Position numbers and translations under genes: made by a program
Source of the DNA: a virus
Reading direction: 5' to 3' (one strand)
IMG/VR virus record: IMGVR_UViG_3300045740_000163
Coordinates: 22,391 to 86,390 of that record
DNA length: 64,000 nucleotides
Part shown: piece by piece, positions 1 through 8,956 of the stretch
Position numbering within the stretch: the first letter of the stretch is position 1
Layout of the letters: each line of letters starts with the position of its first letter
The notes under the pieces: generated by a model
What the model was told of the DNA's origin: nothing
What the model saw: the letters and a program-made list of their open reading frames with translations, nothing else
Database searches by the model: none

Positions 1-1
1 C

Positions 2-640
2 GTGGTCCAGATCCAAGGTAAAAAGAAACTAGACGACCGGTATAACTTCAACCAAAGCTGGTACGACGCCCTTTTAAACACCGATATGGTGTTGTGCACC
101 CGCGACGAAGCGGCAGAACTGCGCCTAAACCCCGCTGAAAAGCGTCAAATCGTCGAAATCGGTGTTTACGAAGGTGCTTCTAGCTGTTTTTGGTCCGATT
201 TTTACCTCTCACACCCCGAATCCCGCTTAACTTCGATCGATCCGTTCACCGGAAGCTCTGAGCACCACGAAAAACCGGAAAATTACCCAGAACTACCCAA
301 TATCGAGTTGATTGCCCGTGGAAATATCGCCAAATCCGACAACGCAGCGAAAATCGAGATCATCAAAGGCTGCAGCTGGGACGTTTTTCCGGAACTGAAC
401 CGCCGAAATCAGGGCGAACCTTGGATCGACCTGCTTTATATCGACGGAGCTCACGATCCGACCTCTGTTGCAAGGGACACCACGCTGTTTGTCCCCATGG
501 TTAAGAGTGGGGGCGTCGTTATTTTTGATGACTACGGCCATCCCGATGTTCAGCGCGGTGTCGATATGGCGCTCAACGCTTTCGCCTCGATGAAGCTGGC
601 TGTGTTTACAGGCTGGCAACTCGTAACCAAGGTCGCATGA
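2..640 (+). CDS. Class I SAM-dependent methyltransferase (Methyltransf_24-like), possibly 5'-truncated by the window
   Basis: VEIGVYEGAS motif I, IDPF, DLLYIDGAH and GGVVIFDDY motifs. Confidence 0.85.
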   Translation: MVQIQGKKKLDDRYNFNQSWYDALLNTDMVLCTRDEAAELRLNPAEKRQIVEIGVYEGASSCFWSDFYLSHPESRLTSIDPFTGSSEHHEKPENYPELPNIELIARGNIAKSDNAAKIEIIKGCSWDVFPELNRRNQGEPWIDLLYIDGAHDPTSVARDTTLFVPMVKSGGVVIFDDYGHPDVQRGVDMALNAFASMKLAVFTGWQLVTKVA

Positions 641-852
641 GTTCTGAAGACATCTGCCGCAACTGCCGGTACTTCCAGTTAACGCACGATGCGGAAGTCA
701 ACGGGACAGGACAATGCCGCCGGTTTTCTCCTGTTCCCGTCTATATTCAATCTGCGCTGCTGCCACGGGCTCAATGGCCTCAGGTCAACGCAGACAAGGA
801 TTGGTGTGGACAGTTCAAACCCCTTAAATCAAATCTCAAACGAGACACATGA
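637..852 (+). CDS. Small Cys-rich hypothetical protein
   Basis: CxxCxxF...GxCRR...DWCG pattern; ATGA overlap with upstream gene. Confidence 0.65.
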   Translation: MSSEDICRNCRYFQLTHDAEVNGTGQCRRFSPVPVYIQSALLPRAQWPQVNADKDWCGQFKPLKSNLKRDT

Positions 853-928
853 GATTGGCGCTTAAGGGGTTTCGGCCCGCGCCCCACACCTTTCCCCACC
901 AGTAGCTGAGCACGTACGCAGTTTTTTC

Positions 929-1174
929 TTACACCCGCTGCCCTTCGTCTTCTACAGCTTGCTCCTTGGCCGCTTTTTTAGCATCCCAATCCGCTGGCTT
1001 TGTCCTTCGCGTCAACTGAGCTTTCCTCTCATCCACCAGGTGCCAGCTACTGACAAAACTCTGTTCTCCCCACGCTGCCTTAACCAAGATCCCGTAATCA
1101 TCAACCCCAATAACTTCGAAATCAGCCTCATCAAATAACACACAAGTCATATACTTTACTAACTCCCTGGGCAA
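929..1174 (-). CDS. Hypothetical protein
   Basis: 81-aa ORF filling an intergenic gap. Confidence 0.5.
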   Translation of the reverse strand: MPRELVKYMTCVLFDEADFEVIGVDDYGILVKAAWGEQSFVSSWHLVDERKAQLTRRTKPADWDAKKAAKEQAVEDEGQRV

Positions 1175-1222
1175 ACATAAATGCTAAAGTGATAATACAC
1201 CCTTAAAACTAAAGGGACTGAA

Positions 1223-2065
1223 GTGGCCAACGGAATTCAATACTTACCGACATATCGCTCTGGCTTCACTGGTCCTAGCGAACGGATTGGCGGCTCATCC
1301 CCGTATCACATCGACCTTAAAGTCTTACAAACCCTTCCGCTGCAAGAACGAGTCCGCGCGATGGATTCGCTTGCTAACCAATACAGCTCAATTGGACGCG
1401 AAATTGAATTCTCCAACCAAGCTGTTTCTGGTCGTCGATGGAACCCAACAGCGCCCCTAGAAGAAAAAGTTAACTTACTCGAAGCTGCTGCCAAGGCCCA
1501 CGCTCCGCGTAGCGGTTGGGATTCGTACGATTTTTACGTTCCCTTTAAAGGCAAATCCCGTTTTGACCCCGGCGCAGTCGAAGGTGCCTCAATTTATATT
1601 CCTGGTGTTCCTGGCGGCAAAATCACCCGTGGCTCAGGTGGTGGTTATGGGTTCTTCAGTGAAGCTGTAGACCCCGCCGGCCGTGTTGTGTTCCGTGTTG
1701 GCCACGGTGACATCAACCGCCCCGAAACCGAAACTGAACTTGCTGTCGCAGAACAAGCTGCACAACAAAACCAGACAGCACAAAAACAAGATAAATCTGC
1801 TGAAGATCTGCTCAACGAAGCAATCGCAGCAGCTCTGAAGCCCGCACCGCCTGAATTCAAATCAAGCTATGCGGGCCCTAGCGAAGAAGAATTCCGCCGT
1901 CGTCGCAACCAACTTGAGAGCACCATGCTCGAACTGATGCTCGATCAAGCATCGCGCCAACAAGAACAACCCGCCACGCCTCAGCTCGGCCAAAACACAA
2001 GCGGTGCTCAAGCGGCAGCTATGGGACTTCGCAGCTTTGGGCAGATTCCAAAGTCAACGATTTAA
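1223..2065 (+). CDS. Hypothetical protein, possible internal virion protein
   Basis: 280 aa; GGGYG...VGHG segment loosely like M23 peptidases; Q/A-rich tail; C-terminal motif shared with two other ORFs. Confidence 0.7.
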   Translation: MANGIQYLPTYRSGFTGPSERIGGSSPYHIDLKVLQTLPLQERVRAMDSLANQYSSIGREIEFSNQAVSGRRWNPTAPLEEKVNLLEAAAKAHAPRSGWDSYDFYVPFKGKSRFDPGAVEGASIYIPGVPGGKITRGSGGGYGFFSEAVDPAGRVVFRVGHGDINRPETETELAVAEQAAQQNQTAQKQDKSAEDLLNEAIAAALKPAPPEFKSSYAGPSEEEFRRRRNQLESTMLELMLDQASRQQEQPATPQLGQNTSGAQAAAMGLRSFGQIPKSTI

Positions 2066-2082
2066 GTCCGCTAAACCTCAAC

Positions 2083-2328
2083 TTACTCAGCCGCTTCGTA
2101 GCCCTCACCGGGAAACAGCGCGTGCAGGACGGACTCTACCTCAGATGCGGCTTTACGGCGACGATCAAGCTCCGCACATAATGCTTTTTTAATATTAGGA
2201 ATAAATTTATCAGCCATATCTTCATCAAAGTGTTCTAAAACACTTTCTTCTAACCTACTGTACACATTCTGCTCGTACGTTTCAGTTACGAACGACATCG
2301 TTCCAATGACGGATGACACCCGCAACAA
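2083..2328 (-). CDS. Hypothetical protein
   Basis: Helical acidic ORF coupled to the upstream ORF; true start probably an internal Met. Confidence 0.55.
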   Translation of the reverse strand: MLRVSSVIGTMSFVTETYEQNVYSRLEESVLEHFDEDMADKFIPNIKKALCAELDRRRKAASEVESVLHALFPGEGYEAAE

Positions 2329-2485
2329 TAAGGCAGTTCGTCACCAGATAGCTCACAAATATGAAAGTCCTGATCCAAGCCACACGGTCTGAGACCTTCG
2401 AGCACTCGTCAGCCTTAGGCCCCAGCGCACTCGCCCAAATCTTAAACGCCTTCTGCCTACGGCGCATAAATCGATCAAGTCTCAA
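2282..2485 (-). CDS. Small membrane protein of a cyanophage-type family
   Basis: WASALGPKA...DRVAWIRT followed by a hydrophobic helix ending IRHW. Confidence 0.65.
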   Translation of the reverse strand: MRLDRFMRRRQKAFKIWASALGPKADECSKVSDRVAWIRTFIFVSYLVTNCLIVAGVIRHWNDVVRN

Positions 2486-2767
2486 CTAAGTCTATCGACC
2501 TTAAAATTATCGAATATCCAGCTCGCCATCTTCGTCCCAAGTCATGCTGTGCATAAGTTGGTAGTTAGGTTCTTTCATGTGCCGTGTGGCTACAGGTGTC
2601 CCAGCACGGTTTGTATGAGCTCTAGGAGACAAAGCCAACAGCTTGCCAAATTGCGTCGTGATTCGATCAAACGCTTTACAGGGATCCCCCACAGCTTCCT
2701 TGCGTGTCCTTTACTCTAGTAAGCCTTGCGCCGCAGGGGATCTCAGCTTTGTAAAAACATTACGTAT

Positions 2768-3256
2768 TTACACACCACCCAAGGGGTAGCCCTGCTTCCT
2801 GAGGTTCCTGCGAGCGCGATCAATCTTGCCGCTTTCTCGAAGCTGCTGAATAAAGTCAGCCAACTGAGCAAAAGACTCAGGAGACTCAGGACCGCCTACA
2901 TCAACGTCAGCAGGGGCGACTCCTTTAAAAGGAACATAGCCAGCAACTAGTCCACGATCAAGCATAAACAGATCTAAAAATGTTTTAGCTGCACGATCTG
3001 CGTCTTCGATTTTCCTTATAAAGTCAGGGCCGAGAGAATCTACGGAAGCAGTACGAGGGATTTCACTAATTCCATAATCTGTAGGGGTATCGGCAATAAT
3101 CCCACCACCGCTACCGGGACCACGTCGACGAGCCCTATCAAGGAGATCAATCTCCATGGTGTACTTATCTTCAGGGCGAAAAACTAGATCTCTAGTACTG
3201 TAAGAATCTTCGCCAGGCCGAAAAACAAGGTCCCTCAACATGCTGCTCTTCGGCAA
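2768..3256 (-). CDS. Hypothetical protein
   Basis: 162 aa; internal duplication RDLVFRP x2; TAAAAT -10 element upstream. Confidence 0.6.
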   Translation of the reverse strand: MPKSSMLRDLVFRPGEDSYSTRDLVFRPEDKYTMEIDLLDRARRRGPGSGGGIIADTPTDYGISEIPRTASVDSLGPDFIRKIEDADRAAKTFLDLFMLDRGLVAGYVPFKGVAPADVDVGGPESPESFAQLADFIQQLRESGKIDRARRNLRKQGYPLGGV

Positions 3257-3466
3257 TAAACCTCAATCTATTTTAGAGCCTCCTAAAGGAGTTAAACGCT
3301 CCATAGTAGTTATTTTGCTGCTGTGGGCCGTAGGCTTTGTGATTATGTACTTAGACAATATCTGCCTACAAGTCATTCGCTTCAAGAATTACTGCTGCAA
3401 CAACAAGCATCAGTAAAACAAAAAGAGTGCCAATCAAAAAGATGACTGGCCAAACCACAGAGGTCA

Positions 3467-4315
3467 TTAAGCAGGCTCCGGCAACAATCCGCGCTTCTCA
3501 GCTAAGCGGTATGCAAGATCCGGATGTGCTTCGACCCAAGTCATCAGAGCTTCGGGGGACATGCCTTCAACAGCTCCACCCTCATAAAGACGGCGCTGAA
3601 GCTCGCCACCTTTAGCCATCTCAGCTCCCAGAACACGCTGGCGCGCATAGAGTTGGGCTAATTCGTTCATAGCCTGCGGCTGAGCCTGCGCTTGAGGCTG
3701 AGGTGTTGGAGAGGCAGGAACCTCACGAGTCACAGGAGGGCGCCGTTCTTCAACAGGACGTCGAGATGCCGGGGGTGTTGCATCACGTCGTGGCTGTACA
3801 TCCTGGGTCTCAGCATTTGCAACCCTAGGACTAAACCTATCAATACGATACTCACCCATTAATACTGTGCCGTCGTCGTACCTTACAGGACGCGGAGGGC
3901 CGTAATCGTCAGCAATATACACACCAGGAGGGCGTCGGTCTATAGCTTGCTCAAAAGCTTGCTGCTTAGCCACACGGGAAACCATGTCCTCGCGAGAGTT
4001 ATAACCAAGACGTTGCCAGTTGCTATACGGATCGTCCGATTGGGGAGTACTTCCGGCAAGACTTGCTGTGATATTAAGCGGACCAGAAGCAAGGTATAAT
4101 CCAGTATCTATAATCTTTTTAACAGGATTCTCTTTTGGCAAGAATTCACTAGCGACAATTCCTGCGATTTCCGGCCTGAAACCAATAGTAGGTCGCACAT
4201 AGCTACTACCTAAAGCCCGACCAGCTAAACGAACTGGTGCAGACTGAGTAACTGCCTGAACAGCTTGAGAAGTTTTAGCGGTTAGTGCTCTTTTAAGATC
4301 CTCAAGCCAGCTCAC
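3467..4315 (-). CDS. Hypothetical protein (Pro/Gln-rich linker), possible virion protein
   Basis: 282-aa ORF; TATAAT about 30 nt upstream; carries RLAGRALG motif. Confidence 0.7.
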   Translation of the reverse strand: MSWLEDLKRALTAKTSQAVQAVTQSAPVRLAGRALGSSYVRPTIGFRPEIAGIVASEFLPKENPVKKIIDTGLYLASGPLNITASLAGSTPQSDDPYSNWQRLGYNSREDMVSRVAKQQAFEQAIDRRPPGVYIADDYGPPRPVRYDDGTVLMGEYRIDRFSPRVANAETQDVQPRRDATPPASRRPVEERRPPVTREVPASPTPQPQAQAQPQAMNELAQLYARQRVLGAEMAKGGELQRRLYEGGAVEGMSPEALMTWVEAHPDLAYRLAEKRGLLPEPA

Positions 4316-4367
4316 TTTTAATCAAACTATCTCTCAGCAATAATTATAAGCGGGTTATAAGGCTAAT

Positions 4368-4390
4368 AAAAAAGGGGGCGTAACCCCCCT
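4368..4390 (-). terminator. Rho-independent terminator
   Basis: Minus strand AGGGGG-GTTACG-CCCCCT followed by a T run. Confidence 0.7.
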
Positions 4391-4533
4391 GAAGACCTTA
4401 TCCTCCGTCCCCTCGTAGGAGACATTTGTACGATAACAACTCAGAAGCCAGAGGCAAGAGGCAGTTACACAGGTTAATAAAAACCAAGGTGAGCTCAAAA
4501 CTCAGCTAGAGAGATCGTGCTGACTCAAGTGAA

Positions 4534-5439
4534 CTAGCGACCACCGCGAAGGTAATTACCGGGTGCCGAATGGCCTCCGCGAACATTCTTTTGGAAGATT
4601 TGATTCCCAATCCGTACATCAGCTCGCTGAAGAGCCGAAGCATCTACACCAGTTCCGCGCCGCCTTGCAATCTCCTCAGCCACGGCTTGCCTATTGATAG
4701 GCATACCCATGCGCAGAGCTAATGCGGGGTTCGCAGAAATATCATAATTGGACGTTACCGTCTCAGATCCAGCCTTACTCAGGGGATCGAAATTGGGATT
4801 GCGCTGAGTCTGGAACGCTGTAGCCCACTCGTTATAGCTACTAGGTGTCAACTTACCGGAGAAAGTAAATTGAGGATTGTTGATGGTGCCGCCACCAGTT
4901 ACATATTCAGGCATCATGCTGCCTGTAACACCACCGGCGGTTGTAGTTTGCCCAAACTGTTCAGGATTAGGATGAGGCATAAGGTAGCGCTTCATACCCA
5001 TTGAAGCGATACGTGCAGTATTTCTAGCCATCGCTTCGGACACTTCGTGCATCTTGCCTTTAAACGATCCATAGCCACGATTATCCTGCACATAAAATTT
5101 GCCATCACGCTGCTCGATTTTTGGCATAAAGCCCGCGTAGGACCCGTAAGGATCCAAGATAGTCTTGCCTTCAGCGGTTTTACCGAAGCCAATATCTCCT
5201 AAATCACCGACCATCGAACCGCCTGCAGGAGCACTGGCGGCATTTGTGCCAGCTTCCATCATGGTGGTGGGGTTAATCTCCTGGAATCCAGTAGAAGTTC
5301 CAGTAGATGCGGTATCAGGATTCGTTTTAACGGGAGTAAAACCCTGTAGATACTGGCTTAAAAAATCCTGTGGGCTGCTTGAAGAGCCAAAACCCCTACG
5401 AGAACGCTTGAAACCTGCAGAAGAAGGAGTTTGGGCCAC
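4534..5439 (-). CDS. Hypothetical Gly/Ser/Thr-rich protein, possible internal virion protein
   Basis: 301-aa ORF with GTG start; TATAAT upstream. Confidence 0.7.
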   Translation of the reverse strand: MAQTPSSAGFKRSRRGFGSSSSPQDFLSQYLQGFTPVKTNPDTASTGTSTGFQEINPTTMMEAGTNAASAPAGGSMVGDLGDIGFGKTAEGKTILDPYGSYAGFMPKIEQRDGKFYVQDNRGYGSFKGKMHEVSEAMARNTARIASMGMKRYLMPHPNPEQFGQTTTAGGVTGSMMPEYVTGGGTINNPQFTFSGKLTPSSYNEWATAFQTQRNPNFDPLSKAGSETVTSNYDISANPALALRMGMPINRQAVAEEIARRRGTGVDASALQRADVRIGNQIFQKNVRGGHSAPGNYLRGGR

Positions 5440-5487
5440 AACACTTAAGTATTTAACACCATTATAAACAACAATTTAATTGGTAAA

Positions 5488-5560
5488 TCGCGAGGGACGG
5501 AATCGAACCGCCCGTTTCTGAGCTATCTGCTCAGCGTTCTTCCTCTTGAACTACTCACGC
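5488..5560 (-). tRNA. Atypical tRNA-like gene, GAT (Ile) at anticodon position
   Basis: D arm GTTC/GAAC with GG; anticodon stem CTGAG/CTCAG, loop CAGATAG; T loop TTCGATT; non-canonical acceptor and T-stem lengths and A at position 33. Confidence 0.65.
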
Positions 5561-5592
5561 AGCCCGATACCAGTGGTAGAGCGGGAACTTTT

Positions 5593-5754
5593 TCACTTTA
5601 GCGTGGTGTTCTCGTGCGAATAACGAGGATCGATTTCCACGCCGCGATAGACACACCGGGGGCTTGCTTCACGGGTCGCTTTTTGCCACTCAAGCACCTC
5701 TTTCTGGTGCTCAACAGTGTCATACTGTTTGCCGCGATACGTTAAAACAGTCAT
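5593..5754 (-). CDS. DUF4278-like small basic protein
   Basis: MTVLTYRGKQY...CVYRGV, the twin YRG signature; ATG at 5754 preferred over 5829. Confidence 0.7.
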   Translation of the reverse strand: MTVLTYRGKQYDTVEHQKEVLEWQKATREASPRCVYRGVEIDPRYSHENTTLK

Positions 5755-5775
5755 GGGTAGCCTGTAACTCCCTAC

Positions 5776-5802
5776 ATTGTAAGATTTGGTAGCGATTGAT
5801 AC
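5776..5802 (-). promoter_or_regulatory. NtcA-type box GTA-N8-TAC next to a TACAAT -10 element
   Basis: GTAGCGATTGATAC at 5789-5802; minus-strand TACAAT at 5781-5776. Confidence 0.55.
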
Positions 5803-5886
5803 TGTATTACTGCTATACAAAACACACATTTAATTGTTGAGCCCACACTTCAGCCGTAGAATTTACGTGTACTCTGCATTCCTCCC

Positions 5887-6084
5887 GTGGCAAGGGAGTG
5901 GAACACGCCCGTCCGCGAGCCGTGGAACGGGATGATCAAAGCATCATTGGATGCGGTAGATCGCCACAACGACCATTATTTAAAGACAAATAACTATAAA
6001 CACCTTGTAGCCGCACATTACTTAAGGCAGTACGTAGCTTACGTAAAAGATATGATAATTGAGATAGAACTAACTCAAAACTAA
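5887..6084 (+). CDS. Hypothetical cyanophage-type protein
   Basis: MAREWNTPVREPWN start; TAGAAT upstream. Confidence 0.65.
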   Translation: MAREWNTPVREPWNGMIKASLDAVDRHNDHYLKTNNYKHLVAAHYLRQYVAYVKDMIIEIELTQN

Positions 6085-8444
6085 CGACCAAATAGTAACT
6101 CAGACAGGCCAAACTCACCTTTGCGTGGGTTAAAACGCTCTTTTGCAAGGTCCATACGACGTTGCAGCTCGCTCCGAGTCTGGTTTTTGTACATTTGCTG
6201 CTTTTGAGCCGCCGTTAATGGCTTGATTTCAGCCACGAGTGGCTTTGCGCCTTGTGTCACGGGCGCCGAAATGCCAGTTCGAGGCGCAGTTCCGAGGAAT
6301 TGACGCACTTTAGGCACGATACCTTCGCCAGTTTCCTGCCGAACCACTTCATTCAGCGCCCGAGCACCAGCAGTTCCGACCATCCCTGCACCAATTCCAG
6401 GTGCAAAAGGAGCTGCAACCGGCGTAGACAGCAACATTGCAGCACCAGCAGCAGTAGGTAAGCTTTGTGCAAACTCCTGCGCCATTTGTTTGCCCATAGC
6501 CACGGGGCCTTGAGCATATCCAGTGCGGATAGCTTCGGGGCTTGGGATTAAATCAGCTGCGCCAGGAAGGAGTGAGGAAGGGACGCGGCGGATATTAGAC
6601 AAAGCCTCAGCACCCCCACCTAGTACTGCACCAAAGACAGGATCTACGCCGTAATAACGCGGAGTAGCAGAAGCGGGTAACGCAGGCTGGAACACAGAAG
6701 CATCTCCAGCGTCACGAATAGCAACAATACCTCTTAGTGGTACTTCAGTGCGTTCTAATTGAATTGGTATAGCTTGTCCTTTATCATCAACATAAGACAC
6801 CTGTGTACCAGTTTTGCTTACAGGACCAAAACCAGCTGAGGTGTAAGCTAAACCACGCAGGTTAGGAAGTTGGCTATTTGCGTCAACAAAAGGTTGCAGC
6901 CTACGCAAGGTACTGCTTTCTTCTTTTGTCTTGCCCTCCTCGACTCGTTTATCTAAAAGATCACTAGAACTGAGTGGACTATTAGTAACTACTGTCCCCG
7001 GACGCAAGCCACTAAATGCTGTATCTGCGACAAATCCAGATACAGGGTTAACAAGCTCGGGAGGTAAAACCTTTGCACCATAACCAGTATCTCTGTAGCC
7101 AGGCTCTCTCGTGGAAAAACTTACGCTTGTGTTGGCCGTAACAGGATAATCAGCTAGAAAACGCAAGGCATTCTTAGATACTTCAGAGCCAAGGAGATTC
7201 TTATCTACCTCCATTAATGAAATATCGCTAGGCACATATCTACTGACATCAACTGCATAAGCGTCAGGATCGTCAAACGAAGCTAAAGACACTTCTCTAG
7301 TGTCTGGGTCTAAGTAAAAAGCTCCTTGACTACCGGTTCCACCTTGAGTTCTACGTAAACCAGGATACGTCTGAGCCAGCCGTTTTCTATCTTCAGCGTC
7401 TAATTGGTCATAGAGATCATTAAATTCTTTTGCTCGTTGGTTAATCCTCTTGATTAAAGGGTTGTCTTGTACAGACACGTAGCCACCGCCGCCGATTACA
7501 GGGCGATTTTCACGAAAAGCCGAGGTCTCGATTCGGTCCAGATCTGCAGGGTCTTGAAGGATGTTCCGTAAAAACTCACGTGCGCCTGCCTGCAGATCCG
7601 TTTCTCCACTGGTGTAGTCTGCCTCTGCTATCCTCAAAGCGTTGGCAACATCCGAGACGGCAAAAGCCTCGCCTGCAAGAGAATCAGACTCGGACAAAAT
7701 TTGGTTATAAAGAGCGGCACGATCCTCGGGAGAGGAGAACACTTGCTCTTTGTCTACATAGCTCAAATAAGGCTCAAACCCTGCCTTACGTACACGAGAC
7801 GCCTTACCTTTTAGCTCAGGTTCTGCAAGAAGAACCTTATCGAGTTCTGGATACTTAGTAAGAAGATCATCAAAAGCCTCAACAGTTCTTTGACTACGTA
7901 ATTTCTCTAACTCATCATTAATATCTTCGACCTGACTAAAAAGTCCAGGAATACCTGGCTGAAAGCCGGCAGAACCAAGTCCCCGGTAAGAAATAGGTTC
8001 AGGGAGTTGAACCGGTACAGTTACAGGAGTGCCGCGAAGACGATTGAGAGCTTCTCGGTCTGCCTCTTCTATACGTTGTAAGTTAGTTCTTTCGCTATTT
8101 TGACGTTGTTGCTCTGCATACGCATTTTGAACACCGTAATCACCTAGAACCTCTCTAACTTGAGGGAGAATCTGAGATTCGAAAAATTCCCTAGGGCTTA
8201 CCGGACGCGCAGGAGCAAGGTTAGGAGACCACGCCTGGGTAGGTCTAGGAGTAACAGGCTGAGCTGTTGCCGGAACAACATCCTCCGTTGAAGGATCGCC
8301 GAATACGTCGCCAGGTTCTATAGGTTGCGGTTGACCAGCAACACCCTCCGCTAAGGGCTCCTCGAATACAGTGCCGGGTGCAAATTGCCGTTGACGAGCA
8401 ATACGATCCTGAAGTCCAGGAACCTTATATCCGTACGAGTTCAT
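6081..8444 (-). CDS. Large hypothetical protein, possible virion/ejection protein
   Basis: 787-aa ORF; Gly/Ala-rich hydrophobic segment near C-terminus. Confidence 0.8.
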   Translation of the reverse strand: MNSYGYKVPGLQDRIARQRQFAPGTVFEEPLAEGVAGQPQPIEPGDVFGDPSTEDVVPATAQPVTPRPTQAWSPNLAPARPVSPREFFESQILPQVREVLGDYGVQNAYAEQQRQNSERTNLQRIEEADREALNRLRGTPVTVPVQLPEPISYRGLGSAGFQPGIPGLFSQVEDINDELEKLRSQRTVEAFDDLLTKYPELDKVLLAEPELKGKASRVRKAGFEPYLSYVDKEQVFSSPEDRAALYNQILSESDSLAGEAFAVSDVANALRIAEADYTSGETDLQAGAREFLRNILQDPADLDRIETSAFRENRPVIGGGGYVSVQDNPLIKRINQRAKEFNDLYDQLDAEDRKRLAQTYPGLRRTQGGTGSQGAFYLDPDTREVSLASFDDPDAYAVDVSRYVPSDISLMEVDKNLLGSEVSKNALRFLADYPVTANTSVSFSTREPGYRDTGYGAKVLPPELVNPVSGFVADTAFSGLRPGTVVTNSPLSSSDLLDKRVEEGKTKEESSTLRRLQPFVDANSQLPNLRGLAYTSAGFGPVSKTGTQVSYVDDKGQAIPIQLERTEVPLRGIVAIRDAGDASVFQPALPASATPRYYGVDPVFGAVLGGGAEALSNIRRVPSSLLPGAADLIPSPEAIRTGYAQGPVAMGKQMAQEFAQSLPTAAGAAMLLSTPVAAPFAPGIGAGMVGTAGARALNEVVRQETGEGIVPKVRQFLGTAPRTGISAPVTQGAKPLVAEIKPLTAAQKQQMYKNQTRSELQRRMDLAKERFNPRKGEFGLSELLFGR

Positions 8445-8495
8445 GCAGCTAAAAGCCCTGAAACTATCCTAAAACAAAAAATAAGAGCCGACCGC

Positions 8496-8523
8496 TTGAC
8501 AGACCCGCGCGACACTGTATACT
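8496..8523 (+). promoter_or_regulatory. Sigma70-type promoter
   Basis: TTGACA-N16-TATACT upstream of the ORF at 8554. Confidence 0.65.
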
Positions 8524-8553
8524 GGTCGTGTGCCCACATAAACACTGTATTAC

Positions 8554-8892
8554 ATGTCAAACGCCATGATGTCCATCAAAATCTACAAACACTGCGACAC
8601 CTGGGCCTTCACGGATTTATCCAAAGGTCTCAGAGACGAGCCTTTCGTCTGTGGAATCCCGGAAATTATCAATTACTTCATCGAAAACTTTAGCGATCCT
8701 TCTAAAGAAACGCACAGAATTATATTTTCAGCACGAAATTTCCCGCATTCACATGGAAAACTCGTAAAAACCGAGATGGAGTCCGGAGGAGCATGGTATT
8801 CCTACGAAAACTCTATGAAAGGCTGGCTTTGCCCCGCAACATTGGAGTTTTTTGAAGAACATCCAGACGAACTGTACGTAAGGTTTGAGTAG
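8554..8892 (+). CDS. DUF6717-like protein
   Basis: WAFTD..GL..EPFV.G and GWLCPA..FF motifs. Confidence 0.7.
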   Translation: MSNAMMSIKIYKHCDTWAFTDLSKGLRDEPFVCGIPEIINYFIENFSDPSKETHRIIFSARNFPHSHGKLVKTEMESGGAWYSYENSMKGWLCPATLEFFEEHPDELYVRFE

Positions 8893-8920
8893 AAAAAGGT
8901 AAAACAGAAAATTTTTCACC

Positions 8921-8947
8921 AATCGCTCCCACGCGGGGCGATTTTTT
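8921..8947 (+). terminator. Rho-independent terminator between the DUF6717-like gene and the convergent tRNA
   Basis: AATCGCTCC-CACGC-GGGGCGATT followed by T run. Confidence 0.7.
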
Positions 8948-8956
8948 GTATCTGTA

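Noticed and set aside
5755-5830. Glutamine riboswitch upstream of the DUF4278-like gene
   Set aside because: The inferred leader between the -10 element and the ATG is only about 15 nt, too short for the aptamer.
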